Source of the DNA: Azolla caroliniana
Taxonomy: Eukaryota; Plantae; Polypodiophyta
Length of the DNA: 64,000 bases
NCBI GenBank assembly: GCA_043228905.1
Contig: JBHGNT010000042.1
Span: 62,001 to 126,000 of the forward strand
Direction of reading: 5' to 3'
Of the stretch, positions 21,979 through 34,900 are shown in pieces (the first letter of the stretch is position 1; each line of letters opens with the position of its first letter). The notes beneath the pieces are model-generated. The model had not been told where the DNA came from, made no database searches, and saw nothing but the letters and a program-made list of their open reading frames with translations. A program made the position numbers and the translations under genes.

Positions 21979-22606
21979 ATATAATCAATGATCTGCCCCA
22001 AGTTGTAAATCTATCCCCATATGTGCTCTTAGAGTGCACATTTTGTGATAGCGCCCCAAATGAGGAGCGGCTAGTGTGCAACTCGACCATATGGGTCGAT
22101 AAGGTGTTAATCTAGGAAACCGTAGATGCGTAGGACACAATATATTTAGGAAAGAGAGAAATAGATAAAAGGATTGGCTAATCAAGTCAGCTAGAATATT
22201 TTGTGGGCAAGTTACGATATACTTAGTCTTGAAGTATGCGTCATTGACTTCAAGATAAGTATTATCTAGCACTAGCCTGTACCTAGGGAGTTGGGTCATA
22301 TTAAATGACAAGTCAGTTGACAGAAAAGGAATATCTCCACTACTGTCAACTGACTTGCACATTTATACTAAGACCAAACATAGATTATAAGTCACTTTTG
22401 TCACACAGTGGTCAGATTGATCATTAGTCCCCACTAATTTTGTAGTGAGCCGGTCCATATCCTATCTAAGCTCTAAGGTGTGAGCGCATGGGAAAACTAC
22501 CATTTTGAACTACTCTCATATGTAATAGAAATTCTGTTTTTCATATATCCATCTCTGCAGTTGTAACTCTATATACCTATCTACTCGATTCTCAATATTT
22601 CTAATA
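21973..22606 (+). repeat. 3' LTR (634 bp), TGTTAGA...TCTAATA
   Basis: Follows the PPT. Five substitutions and no indels versus the 5' LTR by manual comparison (~99.2% identity). Confidence 0.95.
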
Positions 22607-22610
22607 AAAT
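22607..22610 (+). repeat. Target-site duplication, right copy (AAAT)
   Basis: ...CTAATA|AAAT TAGCAAATTTG restores the satellite register. Confidence 0.75.
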
Positions 22611-25600
22611 TAGCAAATTTGAGGAGGTAGTGGAGAAGATCGCGTTAGAAAATTAAAATGTTCATACCTGGCTCGTGTGATATCGGATTTTTGTGTTTAA
22701 ACATGCGAATCGAAGCTAATAACGCTATCTCTAATATGGAATAAAGAAATCAAGATTTTGAAACTCTGGTCATGAGACATGAATAAAATAGAAAATTTGA
22801 GGCGGGAGTTGACAAGAGCAAGTAGGTAAATTAAAATGTTCATACCTGGCTCCTGTGATATCGGATTTCTGTGTTCAAACATGCGAATCCAAGCTAATAA
22901 CGCTATCTCTAATATGGAATTAAAAAATCAAGATTTTAAAACTCAGCTCGAGAGACATGAATAAATTAGCAAATTTGAGGAGGTAGTGGAGAAGATCGCG
23001 TTAGTAAATTAAAATGTTCATACCTGGCTCGTGTGATATCGGATTTCTGTGTTCAAACATGCGAATCGAAGCTAACAACGCTATCTCTAATATGGAATTA
23101 AAAAATCAAGATTTTGAAACTCAGGTCCAAAGACATGAAGAAATTAGCAAATTTGAGGAGGAAGTGGAGAAGATCGCGTTAGTAAATTAAAATGTTCATA
23201 CCTGGCTCGTGTGATATCGGATTTCTGTGTTTAAACATGCGAATCGAAGCTAACAACGCTAGCTCTAATATAGAATTAAAAAATCAAGATTTTAAAACTC
23301 AGGTCAAGAGACATAAAGAAATTAGCAAATCTAAGGCGGGAGTTGACAAGACCAAGTAAGTAAATTAAAATATTCATCCCTGGCTCGTGTGATATCAGAT
23401 TTCTGTGTTCAAACATGCGAATGGAAGCTAACAACGCTCGCTCTAATATGGATTAAAAAATCAAGATTTCGAAACTCAGGTCGAGAGACATGAAGAAATT
23501 AGCAAATTTGAGGCGGGAGTTTAGAAGAGCGCGTTAGTAAATTAAAATGTTCATACCTGGCTTCTGTGATATTGGATTTCTGTGTTCAAACATGCGAATC
23601 GAAGCAAACAACGCTTGCTATGCTATAGAATTAAAAAATCAAAATTTTGAAATTCAAGTCGAGAGACATGAAGAAATTAGTAAATTTGATGAGGAAGTGG
23701 AGAAGAGCGCGTTAGTAAATCAAAATATTCATACCTGGCTCGTGTGATATCGGATTTCTGTGTTCAAACATGCGAATCGAAGCTAACAACACTAGCTCTA
23801 ATATCGAATTCAAAAATCAAGATTTTGTAACTGAGGTCGAGAGACATGAAGAAATTAGCAAATTTGAGGAGGAAGTGGAGAAGAGCGCGTTAGTAAATTA
23901 AAATGTTCATCCCTGGCTCGTGTAATATCGGATTTCTGTGTTCAAACATGCGAATCGAAGCTAACAACGCTATCTCTAATATGGAATTAAAAAATCCAGA
24001 TTTTGAAACTCAGGTCGAGAGACATGAAGAAATTAGCAAATTTGAGGAGGAAGTGGAGAAGATCGCGTTAGTAAATTAAAATGTTCAGATCTGGCTCGTG
24101 TGATATCGGATTTCTGTATTCAAACATGCAAATCGAAGCTAACAACGCTAGCTATGATATGGAATTCAAAAATCAAAATTTTGAAACTCAGGTCGAGAGA
24201 CATGAAGAAATTAGCAAATTTGAGACGGTTGTTTACCAGACCAAGTAGGTAAATTAAAATGTTCATACCTGGCTCGTGTGATATCGGATTTCTGTGTTTA
24301 AAAATGCGAATCGAAGCTAACAACGCTAGCTCTAATATGGAATTAAAAAATAAAGATTTTGAAACTCAGGTCAAGAGACATGAAGAAATTAGCAAATTTG
24401 AGGAGGGAGTTTAGAAGAGCGCGTTAGTAAATTAAAATGTTCATACCTGGCTTCTTTGATATTCGATTTCTGTGTTCAAACATGCGAATCGAAGTTAACA
24501 ACGCTTGCTATAATATGGAATAAAAAAATCAAGATTTTGAAACTCAGGTCGAGAGACATGAATAAATTAGCAAATTTGAGGCGGGAGTTGACAAGAGCAA
24601 GTAGGTAAATTAAAATGTTCATACCTGGCTCTTGTGATATCGGATTTCTGTGTTCAAACATGCGAATCGAAGCTAATAATGCTATCTCTAATATGGAATT
24701 AAAAAATCAAGATTTTGAAACTCAGCTCGAGAGACATGAAGATATTAGCAAATTTGAGGAGGTAGTGGAGAAGATCCGGTTAGTAAATTAAAATGTTCAT
24801 ACCTGGCTCGTGTAATATCGGATTTTTGTGTTTAAAAATGCGAATCGAAGCTAACAACGCTAGCTCTAATATCGAATTAAAAAATCAAGATTTTGAAACT
24901 CAGGTCGAGAGACATGAAGAAATTAGCAAATTTGAGGCGGGAGTTGACAAGACAAAGTAGGTAAATTAAAATGTTCATAACTGGCTCGTGTGATATCCGA
25001 TTTCTATGTTTAAAAATGCGAATCGAAGCTAACAACGCTAGCTCTAATATGGAAGAAAAAAAATCTAGATTTTGAAACTCAAGTCGAGAGACATGAAGAA
25101 ATTAGCAAATTTGAGGAGGTAGTGGAGAAGAGCGCGTTAGTAAATTAAAATGTTCATACCTGGCTCGTGTGATATCGGATTTCTGTTTTCAAACATGCGA
25201 ATCGAAGCTAACATCGCTAGCTATGATATGGAATTAAAAAATCCAGATTTTGAAACTAGGGTCGAGAGACGTGAAGAAATTACCAAATTTGAGGAGGGAG
25301 TTTAGAAGAGCGCGTTAGTAAATTAAAATATTCATACCTGGCTCGTGTGAAATTGGATTTCTGTGTTTAAACATGCGAATCGAAGCTAACAACGCTAGCT
25401 GTGATATGGAATTAAAAAATTCAGATTTTGAAACTCAGGTCGAGAGACATGAAGAAATTAGCAAATTTGAGGCGGTTGTTGACAAGACCAAGTAGGTAAA
25501 TTAAAATGTTCATACCTGGCTCGTGTGATATCCGATTTCTGTGTTTAAAAATGCGAATCGAAGCTAACAACGGTAGCTCTAATATGGAGTTAAAAAAACG

Positions 25601-26899
25601 AGATTTTGAAACTGAGGTCGAGAGACATGAAGAAATTAGCAAATTTGAGGAGGGAGTTTAGAAGAGCGCGTTAGTAAATTAAAATATTCATACCTGGGTC
25701 GTGTGAAATTGGATTTCTGTGTTTAAACATGCCAATCGAAGCTAACAACGCTAGCTGTGATTTGGAATGAAAAAATCAAGATTTTGAAACTCAGGTCGAG
25801 AGACATGAAGAAATTAGCAAATTTGAGGCGGTTGTTGACAAGACCAAGTAGGTAAATTAAAATGTTCATACCTGGCTCGTGTGATATCCGATTTCTGTGT
25901 TTAAAAATGCAAATCGAAGCTAATAATGCTATCTCTAATATGGAAATAAAAAATCAAGATTTTGAAACTCAGGTCGAGAGACATGAAGAAATTAGCAAAT
26001 TTAAGGCGGGAGTTGACAGGACCAAGTAGGTAAATTAAAATGTTCATCCTTGGCTCGTGTGATATCCGATTTCTGTGTTTAAAAATGCAAAACAAAGGTA
26101 ACAACGCTAGCTCTAATATGGAATAAAAAAATCAAGATTTTGAAACTCAAGTCGAGAGACATGAAGAAATTAGCAAATTTGAGGAGGTAGTGGTGAAGAG
26201 CGCGTTAGTAAATTAAAATATTCATACCTGCCTGGTGTGATATCGGATTTCTGTTTTCAAACATGCGAATCGAAGCTAACATCGCTAGCTCTGATATGGA
26301 ATTAAAAAATCCAGATTTTGAAACTCAGGTCCAGAGACATGAAGAAATTAGCAAATTTGAGGACGGAGTTTAGAAGAGCGCGTTAGTAAATTAAAATATT
26401 CATACCTGGCTCGTGTGAAATCGGATTTCTGTGTTTAAACATGCGAATCGAAGCTAACAACGCTAGCTCTGATATGGAATGAAAGAATCAAGATTTTGAA
26501 ACTCAGGTCGAGAGACATGAAGAAATTAGCAAATTTGAGGAGGAAGTGGAGAAGAGCGCGTTAGTAAATTAAAATGTTCATACCTGGCTCGTGTGATATC
26601 CGATTTCTGTGTTTAAAAATGTGAATCGAAGCTAACAACGCTAGCTCTAATATGGAATTAAAAAATCAAGATTTTGAAACTCAGATCGAGAGACATGACG
26701 AAATCAGCAAACATGAGGAGGGAGTTTAGAACAGGACGTTAGTAAATTAAAATGCTCATACCTGGCTTCTGAGATATTGGATTTCTGTGTTCAGACATGC
26801 GAATCGAAGTTAACAACGTTTGCTATAATATGGAATAAAAAAATCAAGATTTTGAAACTCAGGTCGAGAGACATGAATAAATTAGCAAATTTGAGGCGG

Positions 26900-26913
26900 T
26901 TTAGGGTTTAGGG
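26900..26913 (+). repeat. Interstitial plant telomeric motif (TTTAGGG)2 inside a satellite monomer
   Basis: GAGGCGG-TTTAGGGTTTAGGG-AGTATAG; this monomer is ~13 nt longer than normal. Confidence 0.8.
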
Positions 26914-27549
26914 AGTATAGAAGAGGGCGTTAGTAAATTAAAATGCTCATACCTGGCTTCTGTGATATTGGATTTCTGTGTTCAGACATGCAAATCGAAG
27001 TTAACAACGCTTGCTATAATATGGAATAAAAAAATCAAGATTTTGAAACTCAGGTCGAGAGACATGAATAAATTAGCAAATTTGAGGCGGTAGTTGACAA
27101 GAGCAACTAGGTAAATTAAAATGTTCATACCTGGCTCCTGTGATATCGGATTTCTGTGTTCAAACATGCGAATCGAAGCTAATAACACTATCTCTAATAT
27201 GGAATAAAAAAATCAAGATTTTGAAAGTCAGGTCGAGAGACATGAATAAATTAGCAAATTTGAGGCGGGAGTTGACAAGAGCAACTAGGGAAATTAAAAT
27301 GTTCATACCTGGTTCGTGTGATATCGGATTTTTGTGTTGAACCATGCGAATCGAAGCTAATAACGCTATCTCTAATATGGAATAAAAAAATCAAGATTTT
27401 GAAACTCAGATCGAGTGACATGAAGAAATTAGCAAATTTGAGGCGGGAGTTGACAAGAGCAACTAGGTAAATTAAAATGTTCATACCTGGCTCCTGTGAT
27501 ATCGGATTTCTGTGTTCAAACATGCGAATCGAAGCTAATAACGCTATCT

Positions 27550-30500
27550 CTAATATGGAATTAAAAAATCAAGATTTTGAAATTCAGGTCGACAGACATG
27601 AAGAAATTAGCAAATTTGAGGAGGTAGTGGAGAAGATCGCGTTAGAAAATTAAAATCTTCGTACCTGGCTCGTGTGATATCGGATTTCTGTATTTAAACA
27701 TGCGAATCGAAGCTAATAACGCAATCTCTAATATGGAACAAAAAAATCAAGATTTTGAAACTCAGGTCGAGAGACATGAATAAATTAGCAAATTTGAGGC
27801 GGGAGTTGACAAGAGCAAGTAGGTAAATTTAAATTTTCATACCTGGCGATTGTGATATCGGATTTCTGTGTTCAAACATGCGAATCGAAGCTAATAACGC
27901 TACCTCTAATATGGAATTAAAAAATCAAGATTTTGAAACTCAGGTCTAGAGACATGAAGAAATTAGCATATTTGAGGAGGTAGTGAAGAAGAGCGCGTTA
28001 GTAAATTAAAATGTTCATACCTGGCTCCTGTGATATCCGATTTCTGTGTTTAAACATGCGAATCGAAGCTAATAACGCTATCTCTAATATGGAATGAAAA
28101 AATCAAGATTTTGAAACTCAGGTCGAGAGACATGAAGAAATTAGCATATTTGAGGAGGTAGTGGAGAAGAGCGCGTTAGTAAATTGAAATGTTCATACCT
28201 GGCTCGTGTGATATCGGATTTCTGTGTTTAAACATGCGAATCGAAGCTAACAACGCTAGCTCTAATATGGAATTAAAAAATCAAGATTTTGAAACTCAGG
28301 TCGAGAGACATGAATAAATTAGCAAATTTGAGGCGGGAGTTGACAAGAGCAAGTAGGTAAATTTAAATTTTCATACCTGGCGACTGTGATATCGGATTTC
28401 TGTGTTCAAACATGGGAATCGAAGCTAATAACGCTATCTCTAATATGGAATTAAAAAATCAAGATTTTGAAACTCAGGTCTAGAGACATGAATAAATTAG
28501 TATATTTGAGGAGGTAGTGAAGAAGAGCAACTAGGTAAATTAAAATGTTCATACCTGGCTCCTGTGATATCGGATTTCTGTGTTTAAACATGCGAATCGA
28601 AGCTAATAACGCTATTTCTAATATGGAATTAAAAAATCAAGATTTTGAAAGTCAGGTCGAGAGACATGAATAAATTAGCAAATTTGAGGCGGGAGTTGAC
28701 AAGAGCAACTAGGTAAATTAAAATGTTCATACCTGGCTCCTGTGATATCGGATTTCTGTGTTCAAAAATGCGAATCGAAGCTAATAACGCTATCTCTAAT
28801 ATGGAATTAAAAAATCAAGATTTTGAAACTCAGGTCGACAGACATGAAGAAATTAGCAAATTTGAGTAGGTAGTGGAGAAGATCGCGTTAGTAAATTAAA
28901 ATGTTCATACCTGGCTCGTGTGATATCCGATTTTTGTGTTGAAACATGCGAATCGAAGCTAATAACGCTATCTCTAATATGGAATAAAAAAATCAAGATT
29001 TTGAAACTCAGGTTGAGAGACATGAAGAAATTAGCATATTTGAGGAGGTAGTGGAGAAGAGCGCGTTAGTAAATTGAAATGTTCATACCTGGCGACTGTG
29101 ATATCGGATTTCTGTGTTTAAACATGCGAATCGAAGCTAACAACGCTAGCTCTAATATGGAATTAAAAAATATAGATTTTGAAACTCAGGTCGAGAGACA
29201 TGAAGAAATTAGCAAATTTGAGGCTGGAGTTGACAAGAACAAGTAGGTAAATTAAAAAGTTCATACTTGGCTCGTGTGATATCCGATGTCTGTGTTTAAA
29301 CATGCGAATCGAAGCTAACAACGCTAGCTCTAATATGGAAGGAAAAAATCAAGATTTTGAAACTCAGGTTGACAGACATGAAGAAATTAGCAAATGTGAG
29401 GAGGGAGTTTAGAAGAGCAAGTAGGTAAATTAAAATGTTCATATCTGGCTCGTGTGATATCGGATTTTTGTGTTTAAACATGCGAATCGAAGCTAACAAC
29501 GCTAGCTCTAATATGGAATTAAAAAATCAAGATTTTGAAATTCAGGTCGACAGACATGAAGAAATTAGCAAATTTGAGGAGGTAGTGGAGAAGATCGCGT
29601 TAGAAAATTAAAATCTTCGTACCTGGCTCGTGTGATATCGGATTTCTGTATTTAAACATGCGAATCGAAGCTAATAACGCAATCTCTAATATGGAACAAA
29701 AAAATCAAGATTTTGAAACTCAGGTCGAGAGACATGAATAAATTAGCAAATTTGAGGCGGGAGTTGACAAGAGCAAGTAGGTAAATTTAAATTTTCATAC
29801 CTGGCGATTGTGATATCGGATTTCTGTGTTCAAACATGCGAATCGAAGCTAATAACGCTACCTCTAATATGGAATTAAAAAATCAAGATTTTGAAACTCA
29901 GGTCTAGAGACATGAAGAAATTAGCATATTTGAGGAGGTAGTGAAGAAGAGCGCGTTAGTAAATTAAAATGTTCATACCTGGCTCCTGTGATATCCGATT
30001 TCTGTGTTTAAACATGCGAATCGAAGCTAATAACGCTATCTCTAATATGGAATGAAAAAATCAAGATTTTGAAACTCAGGTCGAGAGACATGAAGAAATT
30101 AGCATATTTGAGGAGGTAGTGGAGAAGAGCGCGTTAGTAAATTGAAATGTTCATACCTGGCTCGTGTGATATCGGATTTCTGTGTTTAAACATGCGAATC
30201 GAAGCTAACAACGCTAGCTCTAATATGGAATTAAAAAATCAAGATTTTGAAACTCAGGTCGAGAGACATGAATAAATTAGCAAATTTGAGGCGGGAGTTG
30301 ACAAGAGCAAGTAGGTAAATTTAAATTTTCATACCTGGCGACTGTGATATCGGATTTCTGTGTTCAAACATGGGAATCGAAGCTAATAACGCTATCTCTA
30401 ATATGGAATTAAAAAATCAAGATTTTGAAACTCAGGTCTAGAGACATGAATAAATTAGTATATTTGAGGAGGTAGTGAAGAAGAGCAACTAGGTAAATTA

Positions 30501-31465
30501 AAATGTTCATACCTGGCTCCTGTGATATCGGATTTCTGTGTTTAAACATGCGAATCGAAGCTAATAACGCTATTTCTAATATGGAATTAAAAAATCAAGA
30601 TTTTGAAAGTCAGGTCGAGAGACATGAATAAATTAGCAAATTTGAGGCGGGAGTTGACAAGAGCAACTAGGTAAATTAAAATGTTCATACCTGGCTCCTG
30701 TGATATCGGATTTCTGTGTTCAAAAATGCGAATCGAAGCTAATAACGCTATCTCTAATATGGAATTAAAAAATCAAGATTTTGAAACTCAGGTCGACAGA
30801 CATGAAGAAATTAGCAAATTTGAGTAGGTAGTGGAGAAGATCGCGTTAGTAAATTAAAATGTTCATACCTGGCTCGTGTGATATCCGATTTTTGTGTTGA
30901 AACATGCGAATCGAAGCTAATAACGCTATCTCTAATATGGAATAAAAAAATCAAGATTTTGAAACTCAGGTTGAGAGACATGAAGAAATTAGCATATTTG
31001 AGGAGGTAGTGGAGAAGAGCGCGTTAGTAAATTGAAATGTTCATACCTGGCGACTGTGATATCGGATTTCTGTGTTTAAACATGCGAATCGAAGCTAACA
31101 ACGCTAGCTCTAATATGGAATTAAAAAATATAGATTTTGAAACTCAGGTCGAGAGACATGAAGAAATTAGCAAATTTGAGGCTGGAGTTGACAAGAACAA
31201 GTAGGTAAATTAAAAAGTTCATACTTGGCTCGTGTGATATCCGATGTCTGTGTTTAAACATGCGAATCGAAGCTAACAACGCTAGCTCTAATATGGAAGG
31301 AAAAAATCAAGATTTTGAAACTCAGGTTGACAGACATGAAGAAATTAGCAAATGTGAGGAGGGAGTTTAGAAGAGCAAGTAGGTAAATTAAAATGTTCAT
31401 ATCTGGCTCGTGTGATATCGGATTTTTGTGTTTAAACATGCGAATCGAAGCTAACAACGCTAGCT
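27550..31465 (+). repeat. Tandem duplication of an 11-monomer block (1958 bp = 11 x 178); boundaries approximate
   Basis: Rare variants recur at offset 1958 (AAAATCTTCGTACC, CCGATGTCTG; identical ORFs at 29296 and 31254). Confidence 0.85.
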
Positions 31466-31949
31466 CTAATATGGAATTAAAAAATCAAGATTTTGAAACG
31501 CAGGTCGAGAGACATCAAGAAATTAGCAAATTTGAGGAGGTAGTGAGAAGAGCGCGTTAGTAAATTAAAATGTTCATACCTGGCTCGTGTGATATCGGAT
31601 TTCTGTGTTCAAACATGCGAATCGAAGATAACAATGCTGGCTCTGATATGGATGGAAAAAATCAAGATTTTGGAACTCAGGTTGACAGACATGAAGAAAT
31701 TAGCAAATATGAGGAGGGAGTTTAGAAGAGCAAGTAGGTAAATTAAAATGTTCATATCTGGCTCGTGTGATATCGGATTTTTGTGTTTAAACATGCGAAT
31801 CGAAGCTAACAACGCTAGCTCTAATATGGAATTAAAAAATCAAGATTTTGAAACGCAGGTCGAGAGACATGAAGAAATTAGCAAATTTGAGGAGGTAGTG
31901 GAGAAGAGCGCGTTAGTAAATTAAAATGTTCATACGTGGCTCGTGTGAT

Positions 31950-34900
31950 ATCGGATTTTTATGTTTAAGCATGCGAATCGAAGCTAATAACGCTATCTCT
32001 GATATGAAATTAAAAAATCAAGATTTTGAAACTCAGGTCGAGAGACATGAAGAAATTAGCAAATTTGAGGGGGGAGTTTAGAAGGGCGCGTTAGTAAATT
32101 AAAATGTTCATACCTGGCTTCTGTGATATTGGATTTCTGTGTTCAAACATGCGAATCGAAATTAACATCGGTTGCTTTAATATGGAATAAAAAAATCAAG
32201 ATTTTGAAACTCAGGTCGAGAGACATGAATAAATTAGCAAATTTGAGGCGGGAGTTGACAAAAGCAACTAGGGAAATTAAAATGTTCATACCTGGTTCGT
32301 GTGATATCGGATTTTTGTGTTCAAACATGCGAATCGAAGCTAATAATTGTATCTCTAATATGTAATTAAAAAATCAGGTCGAGAGACATGAAGAAATTAG
32401 CAAATTTGAGGAGGTAGTGGAGAAGATCGCGCTAGAAAATTAAAATGTTCATACCTGGCTCGTGTGATATTGGATTTCTGTGTTTAAAAATGCGAATCGA
32501 AGCTAACAACACGAGCTCTAATATGGAATTAAAAAATCAAGATTTTGAAAGTCAGGTCGAGAGACATGAAGAAATTAGCATATTTGAGGAGGTAGTGGAG
32601 AAGAGCGCGTTAGTAAATTAAAATGTTCATAACGCTAATAACGCTATCTCTAATATGGAAATGAAAAATCAAGATTTTGAAACTCATCTCGAAAGACATG
32701 AAGAAATTAGCAAATTTGAGGAGGTAGTGGAGAAGATCGCGTTAGTAAATTAAAATGTTCATACCTGGCTCGTGTGATATCGGATTTCTGTGTTTAAAAA
32801 TGCGAATCGAAGCTAACAACGTTAGCTCTAATATGGAGTTAAAAAATCACGATTTTGAAACTCACCTCGAGAGAGATGAAGAAATTAGCAAATTTGAGGA
32901 GGTAGTGGACAAGATCGCGCTAGTAAATTAAAATGTTCATACCTGGCTCGTGTGATATTGGATTTCTGTGTTTAAAATTGTGAATCGAAGCTAACACCGT
33001 GAGCTCTAATATGGAATTAAAAAATCAAGATTTTGAAACTCAGGTCGAGAGACATGAAGAAATTAGCAAATTTGAGGCGGGAGTGGACAAGAGCAACTAG
33101 GTAAATTGAAATGTTCATACCTGGCTCCTGTTATATCGGATTGCTGTGTTCAAACATGCGAATCGAAGCTAATAACGCTAGCTCTGATATGGAATTAAAA
33201 AATGAAGATTTTGAAACTCACCTCGAGAGAGATGAAGAAATTAGCAAATTTGAGGAGGTAGTGGAGAAGAGCGCGTTAGTAAATTAAAATGTTCATACCT
33301 GGCTCGTGTGATATCGGATTTTTATGTTTAAACATGCGAATCGAAGCTAATAATGCTATCTCTAATATGAAAATAAAAAATCAAGATTTTGAAACTCAGG
33401 TCGAGAGACATGAAGAAATTAGCAAATTTGAGGAGGGAGTTTAGAAGAGCGCGTTAGTAAATTAAAATGTTCATACCTAGCTTCTGTGACATTGGATTTC
33501 TGTGTTCAAACATGCGAATCGAAGTTAACAACGCTTGCTATAATATGGAGTAAGAAAATCAAGATTTTGAAACTCAGGTCGAGAGACATGAATAAATTAG
33601 CAAATTTGAGGCGGGAGTGGACAAGAGCAACTAGGTAAATTAAAATGGTCATACCTGGCTCCTGTGATATCGGATTTCTGTGTTCAAACCTGCGAATCGA
33701 AGCTAATAACGCTAGCTCTGATATGGAATTAAAAAATCAAGATTTTGAAATTCACCTCGAGAGAGATGAAGAAATTAGCAAATTTGAGGAGGTAGTGGAG
33801 AAGAGCGCGTTAGTAAATTAAAATGTTCATACCTGGCTCGTGTGATATCGGATTTCTGTGTTTAAAAATGGGAATCGAAGCTAACAACGATAGCTCTAAT
33901 ACGGAATTAAAAAATCAAGATTTTGAAAGTCAGGTCGAGAGACATGAAGAAATTAGCAAATTTGAGGAGGTAGTAGAGAAGAGCGCCTTAGTAAATTAAA
34001 ATGTTCATACCTGGCTCGTGTGATATCGGATTTCTGTGTTTCAAAATGCGAATCGAAGCTAAGAACGTTAGCTCTAGTATGGAATTAAAAAATCAAGATT
34101 TTGAAACTCACCTCGAGAGAGATGAAGAAATTAGCAAATTTGAGGAGGTAGTGGAGAAGATCGCGCTAGTAAATTAAAATGTTCATACCTGGCTCATGTG
34201 ATATTGGATTTCTGTGTTTAAAAATGCGAATCGAAGCTAACAACGCGAGCTCTAATATAAAATTAAAAAATCAAGATTTTGAAACTCAGGTCGAGAGACA
34301 TGAAGAAATTAGCATATTTGAGGAGGTAGTGGAGAAGAGCGCGTTAGTAAATTAAAATGTTCATACCTGGCTCGTGTGATATCGGATTTCTGTGTTTAAA
34401 CATGCGAATCGAAGCTAACAACGCTAGCTCTGATATGGAATGAAAAAATCAAGATTTTGAAACTCAGGTCGAGAGACATGAAGAAATTAGAAAATTTTAG
34501 GAGGGAGTTTAGAAGAGCGCGTTAGTAAATTAAAATGTTCATACCTGGCTCGTGTGATATCGGATTTTTGTGTTCAAACATGCGAATCGAAGCTAACAAC
34601 GCTAGCTCTAATACGGAATTAAAAATCATGATTTTGAAACTCAGTTCGAGAGACATGAAGAAATTAGCAAATATGAGGCGGGAGTTGACAAGACCAAGTA
34701 GGTAAATTAAAATGTTCATACCTGGCTCGTGTGATATCCGATTTCTGTGTTTTAAAATGCGAATCGAAGCTAACAACGCTAGCTCTAATATGAAATTAAA
34801 AAATCAAGATTTTGAAACTCAGGTCGAGAGACATGAAGAAATTAGCAAATTTGAGGGGGGAGTTTAGAAGGGCGCGTTAGTAAATTAAAATGTTCATACC

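Larger units (their letters stand above)
17145..22606 (+). mobile_element. Full-length Ty1/copia LTR retrotransposon, 5462 bp (compact single-ORF Ale/Ivana-like architecture; lineage not established)
   Basis: Two 634-bp direct repeats at offset 4828, PBS, PPT, TSD, and domain order gag-PR-INT-RT-RNaseH, which is diagnostic of copia. Confidence 0.97.

Noticed and set aside
17145-22606. Absolute insertion age from LTR divergence
   Set aside because: The host substitution rate is unknown. Only the manual count of 5 differences in 634 bp is reported.
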